NCBI GenBank assembly: GCA_937625935.1
Contig: OW569381.1
Coordinates: forward strand, 310,001-374,000
DNA length: 64,000 nucleotides
Direction of reading: 5' to 3'
DNA from: Tetramitus jugosus
Lineage: Eukaryota > Protista > Heterolobosea
In this document: in pieces, positions 22,001 to 35,149 of the stretch
Layout: each line of letters begins with the position of its first letter
Numbering within the stretch: the stretch's first letter is position 1
The notes under the pieces: model-generated
What the model was told of the DNA's origin: nothing
What the model saw: the letters and a program-made list of their open reading frames with translations, nothing else
Database searches by the model: none
Made by a program: the position numbers and the translations under genes

Positions 22001-25000
22001 ATTCCAGTTCTGCCGACGAAGCAGTCACATGTATCAGGTAAAACACAGAAACCATTTCCAGAACAGACATTTCGTTTGGTTGATCTAACTCCAAAACAAG
22101 TTGGGATGCTACAGTCCATGCCTTCATACTTGGATGTACAGTTACACTTGTTAGGCTCATAGCAGTCACCATTTCCAGAACAAACTTCTAATTCTGTAGA
22201 ATTGACCTCGAAACAACTAGGATAGAAACATTCTAATCCAGAGTATCCGTACTTACAATCGCAGTCATTTGGTGATAGACAAGTGCCGTGACCTGAACAC
22301 ACATGAGTGGTATCATTTGAGAGTTTTCCGTAGCATATCGACAACTGACATTGAGCGCCAGCGTATCCGTCATCACACGTGCAGGAATTAGGTCCCGAAC
22401 ACATACCATGACCAGAACACACAGTAGGATCATTGTCTAGTTTTCCATAACAATTACTATATTCGCAATCGGTACCATTGTAACCCGGTGAACAGGTACA
22501 TTGATCCGGCAAATCACATCTTCCTCTTCCATGGCATATCTGTGTGGAATTGTACTCGAGAACACCATTACAAATATTTTGTTCGCACTCCAAGCCTCCA
22601 TAGCCCTTTTGACAAGCACATAAATCAACATTTAGACAATTTCCACGTCCCCTATCTGCATTACAAGCTGGAGGATCAGTCGTCGAGTTCTTTCCAAAAC
22701 AAACCAGTGGAACACACTCGCCATTTTCGAAATGTGTCATACAAGTACAATTGTTGTAGTCAATACAAGAACCATTTCTTCCATAGTTACAAACGGCTGG
22801 ATCAATGGCTGTCCTATTGAAACAGATTGGCGTAGAACAATATTGATCAGTGAAACCAGTCTTACATGAACATTTGTTCGGACTTGTACACGAGCCGTGA
22901 CCTGAACAAGCTAATCTAGAATCAACAGTTAAATTATTTGTTGCTTGAGGAAGTTGGAGAATGGATTCAATACCTGTTACTCTATCGACAAACCGAGAGT
23001 AACAGACAGGAGCACTGCAATTTCCTCCTGTGTAACCAGGTTGAGGAGTATTGAAACATAGACAATTATCCGGAGTGAAGCAGAATCCTTTTCCACTGCA
23101 AACCAATGGATCAGAAGTATTACGACCATAGCAAACAGTATGTTCACAGTTTGATCCGACATATCCTGGATCACATGTACAGTTTCCTGGAGCAACACAA
23201 CGACCATGACCTGAACAGACTTTAGAATCCACCGAAGCAACACCAAAACAGGCGTCATATTGACACACATCTCCTAAGTATTGTCCTCCAGTACAAACAC
23301 AAGTATCCAAGTACTTGCATTCACCGTGACCACTGCAAACAGTTGGATCAGTAGCATTGACTCCATTACAGGATGTAAACTCACAATTCAAACCAGAGAA
23401 GCCATTCTTACAAACACAAGTATCCCAACCCACACATGTTCCATTTCCTGAGCACACGTCTGAGTCGTCTTGAAGTACGTTGAAACAAGTTGTTCCATTG
23501 AACAATGTCAAAGAATGGAAGCGACCCGCCGCCACAAATTGACTGGATCTACGAGTATAGTTTCCGACTTGAACAGGCACTGAATGAGAATAAGTATTAT
23601 TGACTCCTAACTGTCCATTGATGTTATAGCCCCAACCAAATAGTAATCCATCATCGGATAGAGCTAGCATGAATCCGGAACTTCCACCAGTTAACTTCAC
23701 AATAGTGTGGTTCACGACCGCTCCAACCACCTGCTTTGGTGTTGGACTATCAATGTATGTTCCGGAACCCAATTGACCCACGTCATTGGCACCCCAACAA
23801 AACACTTTACCATACTTTGTGAGAGCACAAGAGAAGAATTCTCCTCCGGAAACTTCGACAATAAGTTGATCTTCGAGACCTAGCACCTTCTGGGGAATTA
23901 AACTGAAGGTTGAGGAGGTTGTTCCATCACCCAGCTGTCCTCTTGAATTATCTCCCCATCCATAAACTATTCCATCAATCGAAAGGGCAAGAGAGTGGTA
24001 TGCTCCGGCAAAAGAAGTTGCCGCCTTCTTTATCGAGAAGATGCTCATGACTCGAATTGGTCGATACTTGGACTTTGAGGTACTAGTTGTTCCATCTCCC
24101 AATTGCGCATGCTCGTTTCCTCCCCAAGCATAGATTTCTCCAATTGAAGTGACAGCGAGGCAGTGACCAAGACCACAGGAAACTTGGATAACTTGAAGAT
24201 TCGCTAATCCTGTAATGACAGTAGGGGTGGTTCTTTGTCCTCCCGAATTGCCTAATCCCAACTGACCATAAACGTTACTGCCCCACGAGTAAGTAGAGTA
24301 GTTGCTGTCGATAGCCACAGCAAATGAATAACCCGCAGTGATGGTAGAGATATTTCCAGACACTTTGTTCAGGACAGGAATACGAGCATTGTTGGTCGTT
24401 CCATCTCCCAGTTGCCCTTGATCATTGATACCAAAGGCATACACATCGTTAGTAGTAGAAATAGCGAATGAGAAGGATAGACCAGATGCTAGATATCTCA
24501 TTGGCTTGCGATCAATTGTAGAAGCTCGTCCCTTAATCAGTACACGACTATCCACAATACCACCATCACCTAACTGAGACACTTGATCCTGACCTGTACC
24601 GTACATGTAACCAAATGATTGATCCTCGCAATCAACTCCTCTCCATTGAGGATAACACACACATGTATTGTTTGGCAAGCACTGTCCGTGACCACTACAG
24701 ATCATCGGATCTGTGCTATTTCTTCCATTACAGGCAACAACACTGCAATCACGGTATTGGAAGCTAGGAGCACATTGGCATACGTCATTGGCGATACAAA
24801 CACCTCTTGAAGAGCAAACATTCTCATCATCGGAAAGGAATCCAAAGCAAGCTGTTGCATTGTACAAAAAGGCTGTATGGGTTCTTCCAGGAGCAATCGA
24901 TATAATATATCTGTCACGATAAGTATTCAGTACTTTGACTGCAGAGTTTCTTTGACTGAACGAGTTATCTCCCAATTGACCATAAGTATTACTACCCCAT

Positions 25001-28000
25001 GAATGGGCTGCTCCCTCTCTGCTCAATACAAATGCACTATCACGTCCTCCATAAACAGTTCTCGGATTGGTAATGTTTGTGACAACTCTTTGGGGAGTTG
25101 GTTTGTACTGAACAAGAGTTGAATTGTCACCTAGTTGTCCAAAGAACGCCCCTCCCCACGCATAGACTCCATTGTCTAGCGACACCATGTAGGTATTGTC
25201 CGATGAGCCGACAGCAGAGATGGCAATCTTGCCTCTAATGGCAGGAGGTGAGACCTCTGTTGGAGAATACTTGTTAAATGTTGAGCCATCTCCCAATTGA
25301 CCATAAGAATTACTACCCCATGCATACAATACTCCAAAAGGACCAATAGCAAGAGAATGCCTGTATCCGGCAGAAATAAAAGCGATAGGAATGTTGTCAA
25401 TGAGTCCATCTCCTACACGCACAGGCAAGACTTGAATTCTATTGGAGCCATCTCCCAACTGACCATCTACATTGTTACCCCAGCCATAGATTGTACCAGT
25501 TTCACTCAGAGCGAGCGTGTGGAATGCACCACATGCAACATTGATGATGGTTTCGTTGGCAATGACGCCTAGAACTCGGGTTGGCAGAGGAACATTTTGG
25601 AACGAATAATCTCCATTGCCTACTTGGCCATAATAGTTACTGCCCCAAGCGTAAACCTGTCCATGTTCGTCAACTGCCGCTCCGTGACTATTACCGGCAC
25701 AAACAGCGACAATCTTGGTCTGTATTCCGACTACAGCAACAGGAGTCGATCGATCAATCGTAGAATTATCACCCAATTGAGATGCATCATTCACTCCCCA
25801 ACCGTACATTTGACCTGTGGTCGATACAGCAATAGAAAAGTCTATTCCTGATGCAATACCAGACATTGCCTTACCAGTTATCAAACCTCCGACAGATGTT
25901 GGAAGAGTCTGAGTGAAGGTATAGCCATCTCCAAGCTGAGATTTACTGTCATCACCGAGAGAATACACGTATCCGGACACGACAGTTTCACATTGATCAC
26001 CACGATATCCAGGCTTACAGATACATGCGTCAGCGGCGATGCAAAATCCTCTACCTGAGCACACTAGTGGATCTGTTCCATTGCGACCAAAACAATTGTA
26101 GCTGCTGCAATCATCTGCATTATAGAATGGGAAACATTGACAAGTGTCTTGTGCAATACATTGTCCTTTGGAGGAACACACTGAGGGATCTTCGACAAAC
26201 TTTCCGAAACAGGTTGTTCCATTAAGGAGGAACAAAGAGAAAGTATTACCAGCAGCTACATCAACTGCATAGGTCAGAGTATAAGGATTGACAACAGTCA
26301 CAGGCTTTGATACCGAGGTGATATTGTAACTGCCATTACCGAGCTCGCCGTAATAGTTGTCTCCCCAAGAGTATGTAGTAGTGTTTTCGCTCAATGCCAA
26401 AACAAAGTTTCCTCCGGCACTTAATGTACTGATTCTATTGTTGGCAGGAAGTCCAAGCACTGCTACAGGATTCAGTTTGTCTACTAAAGTTCCGTCTCCC
26501 AATTGACCATTGCTATTTGCTCCCCAGGAGAAAACAGCACCATCAGCAGTCAAACAGGTCGAAAAGTACATTCCTGCTGCCACAGATTTGACAGTTCTTC
26601 CAAACAACAGTCCGGCAACTTGAACAGGCAAAATTTTCATTGTTGTGGTTGTATCTCCCAATTGGCCTCGGTTGTTCATACCCCAATTGTACACTGTTCC
26701 GTCACTTCCGAGAGCAATGGAATGATAGGCACCCGAAGAAATTGACACAATTTTCTTGTCAGAAAGAAGACCTCCGACTGTTACCGGCAGGAGTCTATTC
26801 GTTTGGCTATTGTCTCCTAGTTCTCCATCTAAATTGTATCCCCAGGTGTATATTACTCCTGTATCAGCGAGAGCGAGCGAGTGATAGTATCCGCAAGAAA
26901 TTGCCACAATGGTGTGTCCTGAAAGTGCAGAAACTTGAACTGGAGTCCAAGAAGAGGATGTACTATTGATTCCCAATTGACCATATCGATTGTCTCCCCA
27001 ACTGTACACATTACCCGAAATGTCGAGTGCCATAGCATGAGAGAAACCGCCACACAAGCCTACTATGTTTTTAGCTTTTAGAGATGGAATCTGAACAGGT
27101 AAACTGCGGTTTTGATTCGTTCCATCACCCAACTGTCCATATTGGTTGTTACCAACTCCGTAAACAGTTCCATCAACCGATCGAAGCAGAGTGTACTTGT
27201 AAGCTCCCACAACCAAGTGCATTGGGATTCCCATAAAGAGACGAGCTTGAACTACAGTTGGCTGAATACCAATATTTCTACTACCCAATTGAGAGTCGGA
27301 ATCATCACCAGATGTGAAGACAAAGCCATAGTTGGATACTTGACAGTTGTTCCCACTGTATCCTTGTCTGCAAACGCAGGTATCCAAGGAAATGCAACGA
27401 CCATGACCTGAACATACATTTGGATCTGTGCCATTCTTTCCATAGCAAATGGAAACACTGCAGTCAGGTCCAGTATAGTTGGGTTGGCACGAACAGGTGT
27501 CAGTTGCAGTACAGTTGCCATGCCACGAGCAAACTGTAGGATCATCATATAGAATTCCAAAACAGGCCGTACCGGCATACAAATAAAGAGAATGAGTTTT
27601 TCCGGCAGATACAGACGTAATGTATCTCTGCGGTTTGGTGTTCGTGACGGCGACTGGAGTCTTTCGGGGATCAATAAATGTTCCATCTCCCAATTGACCT
27701 TTTACGTTCTCTCCCCAAGCAAACGCCGTTCCGTTCGTATTGAAGGCTACGGCAAAGTTACCTGCGGTACCAGCTACGAGGTTTGTCATGTTCACGATAG
27801 GATTCAAAGTTGGAAGTGGCTTGTTCACAATAGTGTTGTCACCAATATTACCCTTGCTGTTTAATCCCCACGAGTAAATGCTACCATCATTTGCCATTGC
27901 ATAGGTAGTGGAAGCTCCAGAGGAAATTGAGCGAATGCTCTTTCCAGCAACGATACCCAATACTGGGTAAGGCCTCACTCTACCGAGTATTTTGCCATCA

Positions 28001-31000
28001 CCTAATTGTCCTACTGAATTGTCACCCCAACTGAACATTGAGCCATCCTCGGCAAGAGCAACAGAATGAATACTACCTGCAGCAATATCAATGATTCTTT
28101 TGATGTTCAGTAATTGTTGGACTCTGTAAGCAGTGTTCCTTGATCCGGTTTTGGTTCCATCTCCCAGCTGTCCATTTGTGTTCAATCCCCACGTGTACAC
28201 ACGTCCGTCATCGGTAAGGGCCATCGAGTGAGATGAGCCACAGGCAATAGAGACGACAGTTTGGTTTACCAGACCCTTAACAGCAGTTGGTAAATAGTAG
28301 GAAACGAGATCTCCTGTACCTAGTTGTCCATAGGTATTCATACCCCAGGAGAACACTGCGCCTGAAGTATCGAGAGCCAGAGCATGAGTACTACAAGCTA
28401 CAATACGAGAAATGAACTTATCAGCAAGAATTTTTGCAGGGTAGTATCTGTTGACAGTTGTTCCATCTCCAAGTTGACCCTGACCGTTATAACCAAGGGC
28501 GAATACACCATCATTGAAGTTGACAGCAAAAGAGAAGCCATCTCCTGCGGCTGCAAAGTGGAACAATTGTCTGGAGAAGATACTCGATTGGCGAGGATAA
28601 TTCTGAGTCGAGAAAAAGCCATCACCCAGCTGCGAATACGTATCATCACCCGAGGCAAACAAGAACCTCTGATCGGCTGATTCACATTCAAGTCCAGAGT
28701 AGCCTGGTGAGCAAACACAGTTGTCCTTGTAGACACATCTTCCGTTACCGGAGCAAACTGATGGATCATCACCAGTAACATTAAAGCAGATTGCGATAGA
28801 ACAGTTTTGACCAGTGTAACCAGAGTCACAAATACATATATCGGGGCCCACACAGTCTCCTCTGAATGAACAAACACTTGGGTCATCGTCTGGAATGAAT
28901 GAACAGTATGTTGTGTTGTAAAGGAACACAGAGTGGGTGGATGCACCCGATACCGCGACAGCTACTCTGTTTGAAAACTTTCTAATGACTGGAGTTGGGC
29001 TATTCTTGAGAACGACAGTGTTATCTCCAATTTGCCCGTTTGTATTCTCTCCCCATCCAAAGGTAGTACCATTGGAAGAAGTTGCAAGGACATAATCGGA
29101 CCATGTTCCAGCAGAGAGAGATGTAATGTTATTCAATGTTGAGATTAGGACTGGAAAACGTTGCTGAGCAGTAGATCCAATACCAAGTTGACCTGTTATT
29201 TAATGTCAATAGATTGTTAGTTTAGAAATGAAAAATCACTCGGAGAAACGCTCCTTACAAAAAAAGTTAGACAAATTGTCCTTACCCTTGGTATTGTCAC
29301 CCCATACGTAAACTCTTCCGTCAGTCGTCACTGCATATGACGAGACGCGTCCCGCAGCGATTTTCGCTACCGATTGTCCAAAGAGAGCACCATTCACTCT
29401 TCGAGGATTTCTTTTGTTTACCAGTGTGGCGTCACCGAGTTGGCCAACGTTGTTATATCCCCATGAGTATACTTCTCCGTTTTCTCCAAGAGCCAACGAG
29501 TGGGAATCTCCAGCTGCAATAGAAACAATGTTCACATTTCCGAGCATTCCTCCAATGGAAGAATCGGAACCTACAGAAACTGCAGTGTACTGATACGATG
29601 TGGCTGTACCGTCTCCCAGCTGGCTTTGTGCATTATACCCCCACGAGAAGACAGTTCCGTTGGCAGTCAGAGCCAGGGAATGATATGAACCACAGGCAAC
29701 TTGGATAACTGGTTGATTGGCAGGAATGCCAACCACAAGTCGAGGAGTGTATGAGAAGTAGTAACTGGAACCTAAACCAAGTTGACCTGTTATTGTAGGA
29801 TAGTAACCAGAGGGACAACTGCAGGACGTTTCCGAACAAGCATATCCATAGTAGGAACATACTGTTGTAAATGAGAGAGTATTTACTCCCCAAGCCCAAA
29901 CTCTTCCATTCGAGTCAGCAGCTAGAGTATGTCCTGTACTGGAGCAAACACTGACAATCTTAGTTCCTGGAAGAATTCTAATTGGGCGATTTTGATTTGA
30001 TGTTGTTCCATCACCCAAAATGCCATAAATATTTTTTCCCCATGAATACAACTCATTGTCAGTTGTAATTGCGAACGATGCATCAACACCAGAGCTAATT
30101 AGTTTGGTATATTTCATGTATGTCAATGGATAGGCAGTCTGGACTGGGAGCCTTTGTGCATCATAGTAATCATCGCCCAATTGACCATACGAATTATCAC
30201 CGAGAGTAAAGGTTAAACCAAAGATTGGTTGCTCACAATTTGGACCAGTGTATTCACTGCTGCAAGAGCAAGAATCTACAGCAACACATGTTCCATGAGA
30301 GGAACAAACTTCAGAATCTGTTGAATTGAATCCAAAGCAACTATTGATGCTACAATCATCTCCATAGTAGCCAGGTTGACAATCACATGTATCTGTGTCT
30401 GTACAAACACCATGCCATGAACAAACATTAGGATCATCAGATAGAATTCCATAGCAAAAAGTGCCATTATACAGGAACATGGAATGAGTTGATCCTCCAG
30501 AAGCAGCAATAATCCTGCGAGAAGGATAAGTATTGACGACTGGCACAGGAGATGTTCTCTGGGTGGTAGTACCATCTCCCAGCTGACCATAAGAATTTAC
30601 TCCCCATCCATAGGCTGTTCCATTTGCACTGACAGCTAACGTGAAGGCACTCTCCTTACTCGTGGTGACGGATATGATTTGAACACCAACCAAACCCTTG
30701 ACCAAAGTTGGAACAATTCTTTGTGTAGTTGTACCATCTCCCAGCTGACCATTGGAATTCAGACCCCAGGAGTAAACAAGCCCATCACTTGTGACAGCAA
30801 AAGAACTCGTTACTCCAGCTGCAATATCTACCACAACTTTTCCAGCAAGAGCTCCTAATACCAGCATTGGAGTTCGTTTATCTGTCGTAGTGCTGTCACC
30901 TAGTTGACCATTGCCGTTAATTCCCCAGGCATACACTTCTCCATTAATTCCAAGAGCCAATGTATGATAGTTTCCTGACGAAATCTTGATAATGTTGACA

Positions 31001-34000
31001 CCGTTAATGATACCCAAAACTTGAGTAGGATTATAAATGTAAGAGTAGGTGCCATAGGAACCGATACCCACCTCTCCATCACGATTAAAACCAAAGGACC
31101 AAACTGTACCATTTGCTGTCATAACTGTTGTATGACCACGACCACAAGCAACATTGATAGGAAGCTGTGAGGCGGCGATACCAGACACAGCGACGGGAAC
31201 AGCGGAATATCGAGAGGAGGAACCACCGAGAGGTCCAAGATTTCCGTAATTACATCCACCGACAGGACAACCTGAAGACATATCTCCAAAGAAGGAACTA
31301 CCCCATCCTAGAATCACTCCTCGGTCACTGACTGCAAAGGAATGGAAACTTCCAGCACAGATATCTACAATGTTGTTTGTAGGAGGACGGAGTGAACTAA
31401 CAAGATATGGCTTTTGACGATCTGTTGTAGTGCCATCTCCAATAGTGGTTGCATAATTTCGTCCGTTGGTCATAACTGAACCATCAGTTGTTAGAACAAC
31501 TGAAAAATCACCTCCAGCCTGAACGTTTGAGACGAATCTTCGAGTCAATTGACCAGTCATCAACACAGGAGAGACAGTGTTGACCATATCATCATCTGCT
31601 AATTGGAAAACATTATTTTGACCAAGAGCATATGCCAAGCCGAACATTTCTAGTTCACAACTGGCTCCTGTGAAACCTTTTCTACATATGCAAGTATCCA
31701 AGGCGACACAACTTCCTCGAGATGAACAGACAGACTCAGATGTTGATGAGATATTGAAGCAGGTGAATGTGCTGCAATCTGGTCCAAAATATCCATCTTG
31801 GCAACTACAAGTGTCCATCAAGGTGCAGTTTCCATGATAGGAACATACACTAGGGTCGTCAGATGGGATTCCAAAGCAAGAATCTGTAATGTTGTAAAGA
31901 ATGAGAGAGTGTCCGTAACCTGTGGAAACAGCTACGGCTCTTCTGTTGGGATAATAAAGACTGTAGCTCTTTGGACTATTGGTTTGAGTGATAGTACCAT
32001 CTCCCAATTGCCCAAGACTGTTACTACCAAACACAAACGTGGTTGCATTAGCAGTTAAAACCATTACGTGAGTAGTCACATAAGAAGGATGGATCACGGC
32101 TCCGCTAACTCTTACAACTTGCTCATTGGCCAACAATCCTACCACTTTGGTAGGAGCAGATCTCTGAGTAACACTACCATCTCCCAGCTGCCCATATCCG
32201 TTATACCCCCATGAGTAAAGAACTCCGTCAGAAGTGACCGCGTAGGAGGATGCTTGACCTGCTGAAAGTGTGACTACCTTTTTTCCTGATAGCAAACCAG
32301 TAACTTGATAGGGTAGAAGCGAATTGGTGGCTGTTCCATCACCTATCTGATTGTATCCGTTATATCCAAATGAGTACACTGTTCCATCTGCAACTAAGGC
32401 CAATGTGTGATGTCCTCCAAGAGATATAACTGAAATTCGTTTTTTGTAAAGAACACCCGCTATGTACACCTGAGTAGGTGTCAGCTTGTTTGTGGTAGTA
32501 CTGTCTCCCAATTGCCCGTATGCGTTATAACCCCAGGTAAACATGGTACCATTGGCAATCAACGCAGCAGAGTGGTAATTACCACAACTGACTGCTACGA
32601 CTGTTTGATTGGCCAATAGACCTTGAACCATGAGAGGGACAGCTGAAAAGGAAGGACTTCCTGAGCCTTGACCCAATTGACCATAGGAGTTGTCTCCAAA
32701 GGCATACACTGTTCCATTTTTGTCCAAAGCAAGAGAGTGCAAATATCCAGCACATGAACCAACAATGTTGTTTGAAGGTAAAACTGGATAAGGTACTGAT
32801 CTTGCATTCCTGGTTCCATCACCCAAATTACCTTGGCTGTTAAAACCAAAAGAATACAATGTACCATTGGGAAGATTCACCAGAGAGAAGGATACTCCAG
32901 CAGCGATACGAGCGATAGGGACTCCTCTGAAAGCTGTGGCAAGGATCGGAACATATTGCGCCAGGGAAGTTCCTGTATTTAGGTCTCCCAATTGCCCATA
33001 GGTGTCATCACCGCTCGCATGTAAATATCCAACTATTGAATTTTGACACTGATCTCCATTGTATCCATCATAACAGATACAAGTTTCATTAGTCATACAC
33101 TGACCGTTACCTGAGCAAACTGTTGGATTTGAAGCATTCAATCCATAGCAAATGGGAATACTGCAATCAAATTCGGAGAATCCAGGATTACAAACGCAAG
33201 TGTCGGTGGCGACACAAGCTCCGTGAGCGGAACATACGTTGGCATCTTCTGCAAAAACAGAGTAACATGTTGTACCATTCACCATGAATAGAGCATGAGA
33301 CTCACCTGCAGATATAGTAGTAAATGTACTAGATGGGAATGGAGTACTTGTCTTGACAAGAGCTGCATTCGTCGTGACTGTAGTGCCAGCACCAAACATG
33401 CCATAAGTATTTTCTCCCAGAGCATAAACGGAAGAAGTATTAGTGATCATATAGACAGAGCTGGATGTGCAACCAGCATAGATCGTTGAGACAAACTTGA
33501 CTGCTGCAGGATAGATAACTTGAACAGGAGTACTCTTCATAACTACTGTACCATCTCCCAGCTGTCCATTAGAGTTCGATCCCCACGAGAAGAGAAGTCC
33601 GTCAATCGTAAGGGCATAAGAAGCCAAATTGTTTGCCGCAATAGAGACTGCGTACTTTCCTGTAAGCAATCCTTCAACCAGCATAGGAGCGGTGACCAAA
33701 TGTACACCGCTGTTACCATCTCCCAGCTGTCCAATGGTCGACGAACCCCATGCATAGACCGTTCCATCATTTGCAAGAGCCACAGTATGTAACTGTCCGC
33801 AAGCGAGAGAAACAATTGTGGTGTACATGATACTTAGAGTGACTCGTCTTGGAGTTTCTCTATTGATAGTGGTACTATCACCAATCTGACCACCTTGATT
33901 AGATCCCCAGGCATAGACTGCACCAGTGGAAGTCAATGCCATGGAGTGAACTTTTCCACAGTAGACTCCAACAGCGTTCGTTGGAATGGTACCAGCGGCA

Positions 34001-34901
34001 ACTGCTTTGGGGAGATAGGAACTTGTTTTGTCACCAACACCATAACCTAGCCAACCCCAATCGAGAGTTCCTTGAGTATTGGTTCCCCAAGTGTATACCG
34101 TACCGTTGGAATCGAGAGCAACGGAATGGTATGTGCAAGCAGCAATTGAAATAATTCTCTTGCCAGCCAACGCGCCACCAATTTGGGTGGGAAGATATTG
34201 GGTAGTCGTATCACCAGTACCAAGTTGACCTGTTATTTAACGTCAATAGATTGTTAGTTTCGATCGTTGGAAGTATGAAAAATACACAAAAAAAAACGAG
34301 ATACAAAAAATTTTCACTTACCATAACCGTTGTAGCCCCATGCATAGACGACTCCACTGTCAGTTAATGCGAGAGAGTATCTTGAACCTGCTGAAACTGC
34401 ATTAATTCCAAGAAGACCAAACCAAGAAGAAACACGAAAGAGTGAACTCTTCCATGTAGTAAAGCCATCTCCAAGTTGACCTGTCGTTTCATGTCAAAAC
34501 ATTGTTAGTTGCGAACTTGTCAGAAAATGAAATGAAAAAATTTTTCAGACATAAACTCACCATAATTGTTGAGACCACTCGAATACGAGTAGCCAATGTT
34601 CTGTAATTCACAATTGGAACCAGAATGACCTGCGAAGCAAGTGCACACATCATTTGCAATACAAAAACCATTGTTACTGCAAACACCAGCAGTTGTTGAA
34701 TCGATGCCAAAGCACGTGGTTGCTGCTGATGTGCTACCAACTACACGATCGTTTTTAATGAGTGAAGAAATGAGCGTTGGTTAGTATTCATTCAACTAAA
34801 ACATAAAGGCGAGTCCATGGAAAAGTTTCACACATACTGAGAGACACTATCAGAGCAACACTGACAATAATACAACACAGAAATAAATTATTCAATTTCA
34901 T
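19033..34901 (-). CDS. Giant (~5,170 aa) predicted type I membrane protein: signal peptide, EGF, 8 RCC1/BLIP-II propellers separated by EGF pairs, 17-EGF stalk, IPT/TIG-like region, TM. Exons 34901-34838, 34740-34561, 34480-34322, 34229-29286, 29192-19033
   Basis: Signal peptide MKLNNLFLCCIIVSVALIVSL; four phase-1 GT-AG introns, each with ACTAAC, join all exons in frame (15,507 nt); dozens of WGxNxxGQLGDGT repeats; CFG..VCSGxGxC..C.C..GYxGxxC EGFs; hydrophobic AAMIGLSASLGTVLLWIP near the end. Confidence 0.9.
29193..29285 (-). repeat. Intron 4 of the giant gene; its 3' end is a near-identical copy of intron 3
   Basis: 3'-terminal 31 nt AAACTAACAATCTATTGAC(A/G)TTAAATAACAG match 34230-34260 at 30/31, plus 12 identical exon nt. 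Confidence 0.85.
34230..34560 (-). repeat. Introns 3 (34321-34230) and 2 (34560-34481), homologous to intron 4, flanking a 159-nt exon that encodes one RCC1 repeat
   Basis: Same G|GT CAA CTT GG insertion point; intron 2 matches intron 4 at 25/30 nt at the 3' end. Confidence 0.85.
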
Positions 34902-35149
34902 TCTTCTGTGTGAGTATGAGTGAGTGTCAAATAGAGAAAGATGTGCACTTGATTATAATTATAAGAATTAGAGAGTGTGTGTTGTGGTAGCTGCCGTTGC
35001 TTATGTTGTTTTAGGTGAAGGGGAAGCCACACACGTAGCCCAAAAGTCCAGCAGCACCCAAGGTCAATGGCCTGTCGAAAGATAATGCCCGCACATAGGG
35101 TTTTCTGACAAGTGCGATTTGTCAAATGTCAGTAATCTTAGCTCGTCCG

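Noticed and set aside
19033-34170. Treating the 3367-aa and 1644-aa ORFs as two genes
   Set aside because: A canonical 93-nt intron joins them in frame in the middle of a repeat, and neither has its own signal peptide
23500-34200. Regularly spaced CCATCTCCCA(A/G)(T/C)TG-like DNA repeats resembling a CRISPR array
   Set aside because: They are the reverse complement of the QLGDG codons of RCC1 repeats, with coding spacers and no cas genes
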